Virus record (IMG/VR): IMGVR_UViG_2687453424_000001
Length of the DNA: 64,000 bases
Strand: one strand, 5' to 3'
Source of the DNA: a virus
Lineage: Duplodnaviria > Heunggongvirae > Uroviricota > Caudoviricetes
A program made the position numbers and the translations under genes. Shown here in pieces: positions 49,951 to 61,767 of the stretch. Within the stretch, counting starts at the first letter, position 1, and each line of letters begins with the position of its first letter. The notes under the pieces were generated by a model. That model made no database searches and was not told the DNA's origin. It worked only from the letters and a program-made list of their open reading frames with translations.

Positions 49951-51649
49951 GTCAGAGAATCCTGGCATCCCGGAGGCACGGATGGGTTGGGGGGAGCAAA
50001 CTTTCCCGGTTGGTTCCATTTCAGCCTGAGCAGCGCCAGCAGGAACATCCAAAAAGCTTTTTGCTCCTCTTGTCCTGAGCCCTGCTCTGCGGGGCTGTCA
50101 GAGCCATGGCAGTGCAGCGCTGAGCTTCCTCTGCTGCCCCCTGCCGGCAGGCTGTGCACAAGGGCAGTGCCCATCAGCTCTCGTGGCTCTGCAGCAGCAG
50201 CAGCGGTGCTTTGGCTCTGCGCTCCGGTGAGCACAGGGTTTACACAGCTTGTCTGAACCGGAGCCCGTTGTGAACAGGAAGAGACAATTCGGGAGGAAAA
50301 AGGGGGTTAAACAGTGCCCGCATTGCCTTCTTCTCTGTGAGGCCATGTTCTGCTCCTGCAATCCAGTCAGGCCGTGGATTTGCTGATGACCTTCACCAAG
50401 GCATGGGCTGCCTGATTTTTGTCTGGTGCTCATCCTTTTCCTCTTGCCTTTTAAAATAACAGCAGCAGGGTTTGGTTTTTTCCCAATCTCTTCTGCTTTC
50501 AAGGCAGTTGATTCTTTTAGCGCACCTGAAGGGTTTGGCTCAGAATAAGCAGCCATCCTTGCACACCTCCTGATAGCGTATCAACAAGACTCAGTGAATC
50601 CTGTCAAGCACAGTGAAGTCTGTCACAGCTGCTGTGCTGCCATGTGGGGATTGTGGTTTGGTTGGTAGGAGATGGATTTGAAAGCAGGAAAAGGACAGAA
50701 AGCATTCATGTTGTTTACTGCTGAGCACGTTGCTGCTGTGACTCTCAAACCATCGGTTTCAAATGCTCCCTTGCACAACTGTTGTTGAACTTTCCCTGTG
50801 CTAAGAAAGCAAGTTGTTGGGACTTCTTCCTTTTTAAAAGAAATGAAGAATGGTGCAGAACTTCCACGTGAACTGTTTGACCTGAATATGGATCTGGTTC
50901 CAGTGCTGTTATCCAGGAGATAAGAAACAGCTTCTTTTGTTCGACTGTAATTTTTACAAGAGGTGAACTGGTTCAGAATTGTGTTTCCTTCATAATTTTT
51001 TGGCCAGCAAAAAGTTAGATTTCTGCTTTCCTTTATGGTTGTTTTTGAATGGTATCCCCTAAGGCATAGCAGTGCTCAGTAGCTGTGCAGTAGTGTGCTC
51101 GCCTTCCTATACAGCCAAATCCCTAGGAAAAATCTTCCTCCTCCTGTTGTTTCACTCCAGAATAGGAAGGGTGAGCACCAGGTTCTGTCATCTGGATGAA
51201 TGTGTCTGTGGGCTTACGCTTTTCAGACAGCTGGGTGACAGTAGTGGGTGACAGTGGGACATCAAGTGCCCCACAGTTATCTGACTGCTCTGCTCCTCCA
51301 GGACCATGGGTGCAGATGGGCTGGAGACAGCTCCTCCATCCCAGCCCATCTCTGCCCCCCCATTAGATGAAGCCTGCAAGCGAGGGCTGCAGGTACGTGC
51401 TGAGGCAAAGGGGCAGCACCGTGGGTGAGACCGCAGGGAGCTGAGCCTGACCCTGCTGGATCCCCATCCCCTCCAGGAGGTCTGGCAGCTGGCTGCAGAG
51501 TGGGAGCAAGGGAAGACCCATTGGCAGGAGGGCAGGAGAAAGTGAAGGCAGAATGGGCGGTGTGGGAAGGCTGGGCTGCAGGGGAGGACCAGCATCCTCC
51601 CCAGGGATGGGGATAGGGATTGACCCTCGCCTGCTGCAGGCTCCTTCAC

Positions 51650-51720
51650 AGTATCACAGTATCACAGTATGTTAGAGATTGGAAGGGACCTCAAAAGATC
51701 ATCTAGTCCAATCCCCCTGC
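51650..51720 (-). mobile_element. CR1-family 3' terminus (variant with TCACAGTA microsatellite)
   Basis: CACAGTATCACAGTATCACAGTATGTTAGAGATTGGAAGGGACCTCAAAAGATCATCTAGTCCAATCCCCCTGCCATGAGG: reverse complement of the CR1 3' hairpin/microsatellite end. Confidence 0.55.
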
Positions 51721-52589
51721 CATGAGGTCCTCTGGGATACGGCACCATGAGGCTTGCTGAGATCATCTCCTCCATGCCGAGCTCTTGGGATCGGAGGCCT
51801 TTGGGTTTCCCACCCTCCAACCCAGCCCAGGAGAAAGGAGAGGTGGAGAAAGGCTGAAACCCCTTTGCCAGCAGAGGAGACGGCAGCAGCAGCCCCGCTG
51901 GAGAGAGCCCAGCCTGAGTAAGTGTGGACACTGCCTGTTGGGCAGCCCCATCCCTGCATGCTGGGGCTGCAGAGGAGCAGCCTGGGATGTGCTGGGTCAG
52001 CTCCACAGCCAAAGGATGATGCTTCCCTGTGTTGCAGCTGCCTTTCCTCACGAGCTGCCCAGGTCCTCAGGAGGCTGGAGCTGTTCCAAGCACCGAGGAA
52101 CATCTTCAAGAATGTCACTGAGAACAGCAGGAGGAGGATGGAGCAGCAGAGGCAGCTCCTCCACTAACGGTATCCATAAGGGGATGGGCTTCCCATGGCA
52201 AAGGGGCTGGAGGCTCCTCAGCTGCCAAGGTCCACCCCGAAATCCATAATAAAGAGCTCTGGGGCTGCTTGCAGTGATGGATCCATCAAAGCAGAGTAAA
52301 CGCAGGAAGATGCTCAAGCTCTCCTGCTCACATTCCCACCTCAGGGCACCTGAGCTCCCAAAGCTGCCTTGGTGTGATGTCACCCATCACTTATGATGTC
52401 ACAAAGCTCCGGCACTTATGTAACAAAGCCAGGCATAAAAGCGGAGCCGTTCCTGTGTCTGGGTCATGATGGAAGAGCTGCCTGAGTGGTTGGGTCGCTC
52501 GTGAGGAAGCTGCGTTGGTGGTACCTGCGCCTCAGCAGATGCAGAGAGAAAGCTGCAGAAAGAAAACTTCTGACCAAGTATGTGTGGAA

Positions 52590-53070
52590 AATAATAGAAT
52601 CATAGAATAGTTAGGGTTGGAAAGGACCTTAAGATCATCTAGTTCCACCCCCCCTGCTATGGGCAGGGACACTTCACGCTAAACCATGTCACCCAAGGCT
52701 CTGTCCAGCCTGGCCTTGAACACCGCCAAGGATGGAGCATTCACAACTTTCCTCGGCAACCCGTTCCAGTGCCTCACCACCCTCACAGTAAAGAATTTCT
52801 TCCTTATATCCAATTTACACTTCCCCTGTTTAAGTTTTAACCAGTTACCCGTGGTCCTATCACTACAGTCCCTAATGAATAGTCCATCGACCAAGACCCC
52901 CAAGTCCTTCTCCACAGGGCTGCTCTGAATCTCCTGTCTGCCCAACCTGTAGCTGTGCCTGGGATTTCTTCGAATCAGGTGTAGGACCTTGCACGTGGCA
53001 TGGTTAAACCTCATAAGGTTGGCATCAGCCCACCTCACAAGCGTGTCGAAGTCCCTAACCAAATTTCATT
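52590..53070 (-). mobile_element. CR1 LINE fragment (ORF2 C-terminal region to 3' end), internally deleted
   Basis: Minus-strand peptide [22 protein letters not shown]...[67 protein letters not shown] is the canonical CR1 ORF2 C-terminus; 3' end motif ATAGAATCATAGAATAGTTAGGGTTGGAAAGGACCTTAAGATCATCTAGTTCCA at ~52590-52645. Confidence 0.8.
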
Positions 53071-53199
53071 TCATATTAAGAAAATATTCCTCATGTTGAG
53101 GATACAGAGACAGTGGCAAACTCTTGCCCAGAGAAGCTTTGGCTGCTCCATTGTGGGCAGTGTTCAAGGGCAGGTTGGAAAGGGAAGGTTGGACAGAGC

Positions 53200-53377
53200 A
53201 GCTTGGAGCAAGCTGCTGTAGTGGAAGATGCCCCTGCCAGTGGCACGGGTTGGAGCTGGATGAGCTTTAAGGTCCCTTCCACCTCAACCCAGTCTGGCAT
53301 TCCATGATTCTCTGCTGTGCCAATGTCGGTCACTCTCTACTTGTCGTAGGTGGCCGTGATGCCCTGTTCCGTTGCCC
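53200..53377 (+). repeat. second copy of the CR1-like 3'-end-plus-flank segment seen at 31615-31816; runs into gap
   Basis: GCAGCTTGGAGCAAGCTGCTGTAGTGGAAGATGCCCCTGCCAGTGGCACGGGTTGGAGCTGGATGAGCTTTAAGGTCCCTTCCACCTCAACCCAGTCTGGCATTCCATGATTCTCTGCTGTGCCAATGTCGGTCACTCT... Confidence 0.5.
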
Positions 53378-56300
53378 NNNNNNNNNNNNNNNNNNNNNNN
53401 NNNNNNNNNNNNNNNNNNNNNNNNNNNNNNNNNNNNNNNNNNNNNNNNNNNNNNNNNNNNNNNNNNNNNNNNNNNNNNNNNNNNNNNNNNNNNNNNNNNN
53501 NNNNNNNNNNNNNNNNNNNNNNNNNNNNNNNNNNNNNNNNNNNNNNNNNNNNNNNNNNNNNNNNNNNNNNNNNNNNNNNNNNNNNNNNNNNNNNNNNNNN
53601 NNNNNNNNNNNNNNNNNNNNNNNNNNNNNNNNNNNNNNNNNNNNNNNNNNNNNNNNNNNNNNNNNNNNNNNNNNNNNNNNNNNNNNNNNNNNNNNNNNNN
53701 NNNNNNNNNNNNNNNNNNNNNNNNNNNNNNNNNNNNNNNNNNNNNNNNNNNNNNNNNNNNNNNNNNNNNNNNNNNNNNNNNNNNNNNNNNNNNNNNNNNN
53801 NNNNNNNNNNNNNNNNNNNNNNNNNNNNNNNNNNNNNNNNNNNNNNNNNNNNNNNNNNNNNNNNNNNNNNNNNNNNNNNNNNNNNNNNNNNNNNNNNNNN
53901 NNNNNNNNNNNNNNNNNNNNNNNNNNNNNNNNNNNNNNNNNNNNNNNNNNNNNNNNNNNNNNNNNNNNNNNNNNNNNNNNNNNNNNNNNNNNNNNNNNNN
54001 NNNNNNNNNNNNNNNNNNNNNNNNNNNNNNNNNNNNNNNNNNNNNNNNNNNNNNNNNNNNNNNNNNNNNNNNNNNNNNNNNNNNNNNNNNNNNNNNNNNN
54101 NNNNNNNNNNNNNNNNNNNNNNNNNNNNNNNNNNNNNNNNNNNNNNNNNNNNNNNNNNNNNNNNNNNNNNNNNNNNNNNNNNNNNNNNNNNNNNNNNNNN
54201 NNNNNNNNNNNNNNNNNNNNNNNNNNNNNNNNNNNNNNNNNNNNNNNNNNNNNNNNNNNNNNNNNNNNNNNNNNNNNNNNNNNNNNNNNNNNNNNNNNNN
54301 NNNNNNNNNNNNNNNNNNNNNNNNNNNNNNNNNNNNNNNNNNNNNNNNNNNNNNNNNNNNNNNNNNNNNNNNNNNNNNNNNNNNNNNNNNNNNNNNNNNN
54401 NNNNNNNNNNNNNNNNNNNNNNNNNNNNNNNNNNNNNNNNNNNNNNNNNNNNNNNNNNNNNNNNNNNNNNNNNNNNNNNNNNNNNNNNNNNNNNNNNNNN
54501 NNNNNNNNNNNNNNNNNNNNNNNNNNNNNNNNNNNNNNNNNNNNNNNNNNNNNNNNNNNNNNNNNNNNNNNNNNNNNNNNNNNNNNNNNNNNNNNNNNNN
54601 NNNNNNNNNNNNNNNNNNNNNNNNNNNNNNNNNNNNNNNNNNNNNNNNNNNNNNNNNNNNNNNNNNNNNNNNNNNNNNNNNNNNNNNNNNNNNNNNNNNN
54701 NNNNNNNNNNNNNNNNNNNNNNNNNNNNNNNNNNNNNNNNNNNNNNNNNNNNNNNNNNNNNNNNNNNNNNNNNNNNNNNNNNNNNNNNNNNNNNNNNNNN
54801 NNNNNNNNNNNNNNNNNNNNNNNNNNNNNNNNNNNNNNNNNNNNNNNNNNNNNNNNNNNNNNNNNNNNNNNNNNNNNNNNNNNNNNNNNNNNNNNNNNNN
54901 NNNNNNNNNNNNNNNNNNNNNNNNNNNNNNNNNNNNNNNNNNNNNNNNNNNNNNNNNNNNNNNNNNNNNNNNNNNNNNNNNNNNNNNNNNNNNNNNNNNN
55001 NNNNNNNNNNNNNNNNNNNNNNNNNNNNNNNNNNNNNNNNNNNNNNNNNNNNNNNNNNNNNNNNNNNNNNNNNNNNNNNNNNNNNNNNNNNNNNNNNNNN
55101 NNNNNNNNNNNNNNNNNNNNNNNNNNNNNNNNNNNNNNNNNNNNNNNNNNNNNNNNNNNNNNNNNNNNNNNNNNNNNNNNNNNNNNNNNNNNNNNNNNNN
55201 NNNNNNNNNNNNNNNNNNNNNNNNNNNNNNNNNNNNNNNNNNNNNNNNNNNNNNNNNNNNNNNNNNNNNNNNNNNNNNNNNNNNNNNNNNNNNNNNNNNN
55301 NNNNNNNNNNNNNNNNNNNNNNNNNNNNNNNNNNNNNNNNNNNNNNNNNNNNNNNNNNNNNNNNNNNNNNNNNNNNNNNNNNNNNNNNNNNNNNNNNNNN
55401 NNNNNNNNNNNNNNNNNNNNNNNNNNNNNNNNNNNNNNNNNNNNNNNNNNNNNNNNNNNNNNNNNNNNNNNNNNNNNNNNNNNNNNNNNNNNNNNNNNNN
55501 NNNNNNNNNNNNNNNNNNNNNNNNNNNNNNNNNNNNNNNNNNNNNNNNNNNNNNNNNNNNNNNNNNNNNNNNNNNNNNNNNNNNNNNNNNNNNNNNNNNN
55601 NNNNNNNNNNNNNNNNNNNNNNNNNNNNNNNNNNNNNNNNNNNNNNNNNNNNNNNNNNNNNNNNNNNNNNNNNNNNNNNNNNNNNNNNNNNNNNNNNNNN
55701 NNNNNNNNNNNNNNNNNNNNNNNNNNNNNNNNNNNNNNNNNNNNNNNNNNNNNNNNNNNNNNNNNNNNNNNNNNNNNNNNNNNNNNNNNNNNNNNNNNNN
55801 NNNNNNNNNNNNNNNNNNNNNNNNNNNNNNNNNNNNNNNNNNNNNNNNNNNNNNNNNNNNNNNNNNNNNNNNNNNNNNNNNNNNNNNNNNNNNNNNNNNN
55901 NNNNNNNNNNNNNNNNNNNNNNNNNNNNNNNNNNNNNNNNNNNNNNNNNNNNNNNNNNNNNNNNNNNNNNNNNNNNNNNNNNNNNNNNNNNNNNNNNNNN
56001 NNNNNNNNNNNNNNNNNNNNNNNNNNNNNNNNNNNNNNNNNNNNNNNNNNNNNNNNNNNNNNNNNNNNNNNNNNNNNNNNNNNNNNNNNNNNNNNNNNNN
56101 NNNNNNNNNNNNNNNNNNNNNNNNNNNNNNNNNNNNNNNNNNNNNNNNNNNNNNNNNNNNNNNNNNNNNNNNNNNNNNNNNNNNNNNNNNNNNNNNNNNN
56201 NNNNNNNNNNNNNNNNNNNNNNNNNNNNNNNNNNNNNNNNNNNNNNNNNNNNNNNNNNNNNNNNNNNNNNNNNNNNNNNNNNNNNNNNNNNNNNNNNNNN

Positions 56301-58728
56301 NNNNNNNNNNNNNNNNNNNNNNNNNNNNNNNNNNNNNNNNNNNNNNNNNNNNNNNNNNNNNNNNNNNNNNNNNNNNNNNNNNNNNNNNNNNNNNNNNNNN
56401 NNNNNNNNNNNNNNNNNNNNNNNNNNNNNNNNNNNNNNNNNNNNNNNNNNNNNNNNNNNNNNNNNNNNNNNNNNNNNNNNNNNNNNNNNNNNNNNNNNNN
56501 NNNNNNNNNNNNNNNNNNNNNNNNNNNNNNNNNNNNNNNNNNNNNNNNNNNNNNNNNNNNNNNNNNNNNNNNNNNNNNNNNNNNNNNNNNNNNNNNNNNN
56601 NNNNNNNNNNNNNNNNNNNNNNNNNNNNNNNNNNNNNNNNNNNNNNNNNNNNNNNNNNNNNNNNNNNNNNNNNNNNNNNNNNNNNNNNNNNNNNNNNNNN
56701 NNNNNNNNNNNNNNNNNNNNNNNNNNNNNNNNNNNNNNNNNNNNNNNNNNNNNNNNNNNNNNNNNNNNNNNNNNNNNNNNNNNNNNNNNNNNNNNNNNNN
56801 NNNNNNNNNNNNNNNNNNNNNNNNNNNNNNNNNNNNNNNNNNNNNNNNNNNNNNNNNNNNNNNNNNNNNNNNNNNNNNNNNNNNNNNNNNNNNNNNNNNN
56901 NNNNNNNNNNNNNNNNNNNNNNNNNNNNNNNNNNNNNNNNNNNNNNNNNNNNNNNNNNNNNNNNNNNNNNNNNNNNNNNNNNNNNNNNNNNNNNNNNNNN
57001 NNNNNNNNNNNNNNNNNNNNNNNNNNNNNNNNNNNNNNNNNNNNNNNNNNNNNNNNNNNNNNNNNNNNNNNNNNNNNNNNNNNNNNNNNNNNNNNNNNNN
57101 NNNNNNNNNNNNNNNNNNNNNNNNNNNNNNNNNNNNNNNNNNNNNNNNNNNNNNNNNNNNNNNNNNNNNNNNNNNNNNNNNNNNNNNNNNNNNNNNNNNN
57201 NNNNNNNNNNNNNNNNNNNNNNNNNNNNNNNNNNNNNNNNNNNNNNNNNNNNNNNNNNNNNNNNNNNNNNNNNNNNNNNNNNNNNNNNNNNNNNNNNNNN
57301 NNNNNNNNNNNNNNNNNNNNNNNNNNNNNNNNNNNNNNNNNNNNNNNNNNNNNNNNNNNNNNNNNNNNNNNNNNNNNNNNNNNNNNNNNNNNNNNNNNNN
57401 NNNNNNNNNNNNNNNNNNNNNNNNNNNNNNNNNNNNNNNNNNNNNNNNNNNNNNNNNNNNNNNNNNNNNNNNNNNNNNNNNNNNNNNNNNNNNNNNNNNN
57501 NNNNNNNNNNNNNNNNNNNNNNNNNNNNNNNNNNNNNNNNNNNNNNNNNNNNNNNNNNNNNNNNNNNNNNNNNNNNNNNNNNNNNNNNNNNNNNNNNNNN
57601 NNNNNNNNNNNNNNNNNNNNNNNNNNNNNNNNNNNNNNNNNNNNNNNNNNNNNNNNNNNNNNNNNNNNNNNNNNNNNNNNNNNNNNNNNNNNNNNNNNNN
57701 NNNNNNNNNNNNNNNNNNNNNNNNNNNNNNNNNNNNNNNNNNNNNNNNNNNNNNNNNNNNNNNNNNNNNNNNNNNNNNNNNNNNNNNNNNNNNNNNNNNN
57801 NNNNNNNNNNNNNNNNNNNNNNNNNNNNNNNNNNNNNNNNNNNNNNNNNNNNNNNNNNNNNNNNNNNNNNNNNNNNNNNNNNNNNNNNNNNNNNNNNNNN
57901 NNNNNNNNNNNNNNNNNNNNNNNNNNNNNNNNNNNNNNNNNNNNNNNNNNNNNNNNNNNNNNNNNNNNNNNNNNNNNNNNNNNNNNNNNNNNNNNNNNNN
58001 NNNNNNNNNNNNNNNNNNNNNNNNNNNNNNNNNNNNNNNNNNNNNNNNNNNNNNNNNNNNNNNNNNNNNNNNNNNNNNNNNNNNNNNNNNNNNNNNNNNN
58101 NNNNNNNNNNNNNNNNNNNNNNNNNNNNNNNNNNNNNNNNNNNNNNNNNNNNNNNNNNNNNNNNNNNNNNNNNNNNNNNNNNNNNNNNNNNNNNNNNNNN
58201 NNNNNNNNNNNNNNNNNNNNNNNNNNNNNNNNNNNNNNNNNNNNNNNNNNNNNNNNNNNNNNNNNNNNNNNNNNNNNNNNNNNNNNNNNNNNNNNNNNNN
58301 NNNNNNNNNNNNNNNNNNNNNNNNNNNNNNNNNNNNNNNNNNNNNNNNNNNNNNNNNNNNNNNNNNNNNNNNNNNNNNNNNNNNNNNNNNNNNNNNNNNN
58401 NNNNNNNNNNNNNNNNNNNNNNNNNNNNNNNNNNNNNNNNNNNNNNNNNNNNNNNNNNNNNNNNNNNNNNNNNNNNNNNNNNNNNNNNNNNNNNNNNNNN
58501 NNNNNNNNNNNNNNNNNNNNNNNNNNNNNNNNNNNNNNNNNNNNNNNNNNNNNNNNNNNNNNNNNNNNNNNNNNNNNNNNNNNNNNNNNNNNNNNNNNNN
58601 NNNNNNNNNNNNNNNNNNNNNNNNNNNNNNNNNNNNNNNNNNNNNNNNNNNNNNNNNNNNNNNNNNNNNNNNNNNNNNNNNNNNNNNNNNNNNNNNNNNN
58701 NNNNNNNNNNNNNNNNNNNNNNNNNNNN
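53378..58728. other. assembly gap (N run)
   Basis: Uninterrupted N. Confidence 1.
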
Positions 58729-58904
58729 GGCAGTGCAAGTGTAAGCAGTGGTCAAATGGGAAAGGACTTTTAGTGGCTCTGGACTAAGCTAGAAAGAGCT
58801 GAGAACTTCCAACTGTATAAATACTCTTCCCATTTTCAGTCATCCGTAGAATACTTTATACGCCAAAGGAAAAATGTCAGCAGTGTTCTACTGGTAAATA
58901 AATA

Positions 58905-59490
58905 ACACAGGCAAAATGATTTTTGATGAGAAAATGAACATGAGCCGGCTGTGCAGTCGCTTGGGGTATTGTGTGCAGTTCTGGTGTCCTCAACATAAAA
59001 AGGACATGGAACTGTTGGAGCAAGTCCAGAGGAGGGCCACAAGGATGATCAGGGGACTGGAGCACCTCCCATATGAAGACAGGCTGAGGAAGTTGGGGCT
59101 GTTCAGCCTGGAGAAGAGAAGGCTGCGTGGAGACCTCAGAGCAGCCTTCCAGTATCTGAAGGGGGCCTTAAGTATGCTGGAGAGGGGCTCTTCACTAGGG
59201 ACTGTAGTGATAGGACAAGGGGTAACATGCTCAAACATAAACAGGGGAAGTTTATATTGGATCTAAGGAAGAAGTTCTTGACTGTAAGGGTGGTGAGGCA
59301 CTGGAAGAGGTTGCCCAGGGAAGCTGTGAATGCTCCATTCCTGGCGGTGTTCAAGGCCGTTTTGGATAGAGCCTTGGGTGACATGGTTTAGTGGGAGGTG
59401 TCCCTGCCCATAGCAGGGGGGTTGGAACTAGATGATCTTAAGGTCCTTTCCAACCCTAACTATTCTATGATTCTACAATTCTAAGGCCAT
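58905..59490 (+). mobile_element. CR1 LINE fragment (ORF2 C-terminal region to 3' terminus), internally deleted
   Basis: Plus-strand peptide KMNMSRL...[58 protein letters not shown]; 3' end GGGGGGTTGGAACTAGATGATCTTAAGGTCCTTTCCAACCCTAACTATTCTATGATTCTACAATTCT at ~59420-59490. Confidence 0.8.
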
Positions 59491-59619
59491 GCCGAGCCTC
59501 TCTTGTGCACCTCAGACTCATCTGAGTCATAAGTACAAGTAGTGAACTTTACAATCAAGTTGGATTTTATCTGATATCCCTTGTGATTATCAGAGCTGGA
59601 CAAAGCACTGCTTCAGAGC

Positions 59620-60055
59620 AAACCTGACTCCCATCCAACCTGGCCTTGAACACTGCCAAGGATGGGGCAGCCACAGCTTCTCTGGGCACTCAGTGCCTGC
59701 ACCTCAGCACCCTCACAGGGAAGTACTTTGTCTTAATATCCAAGATAAATCTTCCTTTTTTCAGCTTAAAGCCATTCCCACTTGTCCTCTCAGTGCACAG
59801 CCTTTTAAAATGCCCCTCTCCAGACTTCCTGTAGGCCCTGTCTAGGTATGAGCAGCTTGCTAAGATGTCTCCTTGGAGCCTTCTCTTCTTCAGGCTTAAA
59901 AACTCCAGCTCTCACAGCTGTCATCATTGGAGATGCACTCCATCCCTTAGCGAATCTCTGTGACTCTTCATAAGCCCATCGTTATAGGACCATGAAACAA
60001 CAGAGGTTGGAAGGGAACCCACAAGGTCTCGAGTCCAACCAATTGGGAACAGGAT
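59620..60055 (-). mobile_element. CR1-like fragment (antisense orientation) extending to the junction with bacterial-type sequence
   Basis: CATCCAACCTGGCCTTGAACACTGCCAAGGATGGGGCAGCCACAGCTTCTCTGGGCACTCAGTGCCTGCACCTCAGCACCCTCACAGGGAAGTACTTTGTCTTAATATC and downstream CCTTCTCTTCTTCAGGCTTAAAAACTCCAGCTCTCACAGC match the antisense CR1 ORF2 C-terminal/3' region. Confidence 0.55.
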
Positions 60056-60069
60056 CAGAGCAGAGTGGC

Positions 60070-60294
60070 TCAGGGCTTGAAACAGTCTGAGTTGGAAATC
60101 TGATGAAAGATCGATTGGCAATCCGGGCAATCATCACGGTAAAAAAACAGAACTTTATCAGAATGATTAGCGAGCGTCACGACCGGTCGCTGTTTTTCCA
60201 CGTGATTCACGTATTGATGACTAGCAAAACCACTAACAGCTAAAACCACCACGATTACCGCTAGGACTTTGCTAACCCGTTTAATTAAGGTCAC
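60070..60294 (-). CDS. thioredoxin-like protein with N-terminal membrane anchor and CPDC (CxxC) motif; 3' end truncated at the junction with avian sequence
   Basis: GTG start overlapping the upstream gene's stop; N-terminal hydrophobic segment VSKVLAVIVVVLAVSGFA followed by VLFFYRDDCPDCQSIF, a thioredoxin-fold active-site context; the ORF ends only ~15 codons after the CxxC, too short for a complete thioredoxin domain. Confidence 0.5.
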   Translation of the reverse strand: MTLIKRVSKVLAVIVVVLAVSGFASHQYVNHVEKQRPVVTLANHSDKVLFFYRDDCPDCQSIFHQISNSDCFKP

Positions 60295-60898
60295 TGGCTT
60301 TAAAGCTACTACCTAAATTTTGTACCGCGGTGATTCGATTCGTGGTGGTATCGAAGGTCACCTGGTAAAGCACCGTCGCCTTTTGCCAGTCGTTATCGCC
60401 ACTCTTGCTTTGGTAACTAACAACCGCCAAGCCTTTCATGTTTCGCCCCTGCTTACTTTGTGTATACATATTCAGTTGGTTTAACTTGGCTGAAACACTA
60501 TTGCTATCGCCATAAGTCCCTTTATTGGAAAAGTATTGCTGATATAACTTGTCGGAAATCAAGTTTTTAACGCCATCTTTACGCTGACCGTAGGTCTTGG
60601 GCTTAAAGTTATTCATGACATCAAAGAACTTGGTGACCACCGTATTAAAGCTAAGTTCAGCCGGACTTTTGTCTTTATTATTTTGGTAGGTCTTATAACT
60701 GTCAATTTGGGTGCTCAATAACTGCTTTTGTTGGTTGGTTTTAGTCAATTGCTGACTAACTTGTCGCTTCTGTTGTTGTAAGCGCGTGATCTGCTGATGC
60801 GCCTGTTTAACTTGGCTATGTTGATAGGCATTCGCCCCTAATGACAGAACTAAGATCAAGCTACCAATCACAACACTTAAAACCATGCTACGCTTCAT
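60281..60898 (-). CDS. hypothetical secreted or membrane-anchored protein (205 aa) with N-terminal signal/anchor and Q-rich coiled-coil region
   Basis: ATG at 60898 (minus) with AAGGAGG ~8 nt upstream, overlapping the stop of the upstream gene; N-terminus MKRSMVLSVVIGSLILVLSLGANA is signal-peptide-like; low-GC Gram-positive codon usage. Confidence 0.6.
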   Translation of the reverse strand: MKRSMVLSVVIGSLILVLSLGANAYQHSQVKQAHQQITRLQQQKRQVSQQLTKTNQQKQLLSTQIDSYKTYQNNKDKSPAELSFNTVVTKFFDVMNNFKPKTYGQRKDGVKNLISDKLYQQYFSNKGTYGDSNSVSAKLNQLNMYTQSKQGRNMKGLAVVSYQSKSGDNDWQKATVLYQVTFDTTTNRITAVQNLGSSFKASDLN

Positions 60899-60912
60899 TT
60901 GTTTGTCCCTCC

Positions 60913-61767
60913 TTACTTCTTGATTGGCCGGGCTAACGTCACATCACCACCACTTAGCAAGCTATAAAAAGCGGTGCCAAAGGTGCTTTCGTTAACCTTG
61001 TCGCCTGTCCCACCTTGCTCAATAATCTTGGTGGCTTTGCCTTGCCATTTGCCTAACAGAATGGCCGTATGGCCGTTGTTTCCCGCGCCGGCGCCTTGAT
61101 TGACAATCACAATATCGCCGGCTTTCGCGTCATTTTCACTGATTTGTTTAAGATATTGATGACTGCCTTTGGCGTCACTGGCCATCGTGCCGGTAAACCA
61201 GCCCATGTTGGCGGGTACCTTGTAACCAGCTTTATTCAGGGCTAACCAGACAAAGCCGGAACAATCCGTGCCACCAGTTTTATTAGGATTTTTTAAATCG
61301 CTACCTAGATCAGGACTGGGGTGCGTTTGCACATAGTAGAAGTCCCCCTTCATGCTTTCCGCGTTTTTGACGATACTACCGCCGGAATAACTCGGGTCAC
61401 TATCACAACCTAGCTCGGTCAGATCGCCGGAACTCGCGTTGTCTAAGGTATTGCCCGCTACTGGATCACTGGCACCAAACACGGAATACCAGTGATCGGC
61501 ATAACCGTATCTTTGGCTTAAATACCATTGCTCCGGGTTTTTGCTCATGCCCTCAAAATCCATCAACCAGTCTTTGGTCGCTTTGTGCACGTCCGTGTAT
61601 TTGAATATCTTCTTATTTGACGCATAGTAACTACTGTTCAATTCTTGGTCGAGATAATCTAATTGCACCCCGAGATTTGTGGCTGGTTTGTTTTCTTTGT
61701 GAGCTAAGTCTTCCAGTTTATCTTTTCGGCCACCTAACCACTGGGCTAATCCCGTGGCACCGGAACT
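60913..61767 (-). CDS. NlpC/P60 (C40) or CHAP-type cysteine peptidase-like cell-wall hydrolase; 5' end lies in the gap
   Basis: Reading frame open from the gap edge (61767) to TAA at 60913-60915; the ORF-track GTG start at 61668 is internal and gives no signal peptide. Contains GGTDCSGFVWLALNKAGYKV (catalytic Cys context typical of NlpC/P60 and CHAP hydrolases) and downstream NNGHTAILLG (candidate catalytic His). Confidence 0.55.
   Translation of the reverse strand, partial: SSGATGLAQWLGGRKDKLEDLAHKENKPATNLGVQLDYLDQELNSSYYASNKKIFKYTDVHKATKDWLMDFEGMSKNPEQWYLSQRYGYADHWYSVFGASDPVAGNTLDNASSGDLTELGCDSDPSYSGGSIVKNAESMKGDFYYVQTHPSPDLGSDLKNPNKTGGTDCSGFVWLALNKAGYKVPANMGWFTGTMASDAKGSHQYLKQISENDAKAGDIVIVNQGAGAGNNGHTAILLGKWQGKATKIIEQGGTGDKVNESTFGTAFYSLLSGGDVTLARPIKK

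Noticed and set aside
49700-52400. Medium-sized ORFs in unique avian sequence (e.g. 50098..50556 -, 51188..51649 -, 51785..52249 +, 52048..52383 -)
   Set aside because: No splice-site-bounded exon structure or recognisable protein motifs; compositions are Pro/Gly/Ser/Arg-rich as expected for random ORFs in GC-rich vertebrate DNA. Cannot be called coding without transcript evidence.
15168-58787. Very long ORFs in the track (e.g. 15168..18350, 22061..27112, 31463..36661, 37470..42158, 42640..47946, 53284..58755) whose translations are mostly X
   Set aside because: They are artefacts of translating N-runs: gaps contain no stop codons, so the ORF finder bridges short flanking sequences. The non-X ends show no coherent protein signatures, except where they clip known repeats such as CR1.
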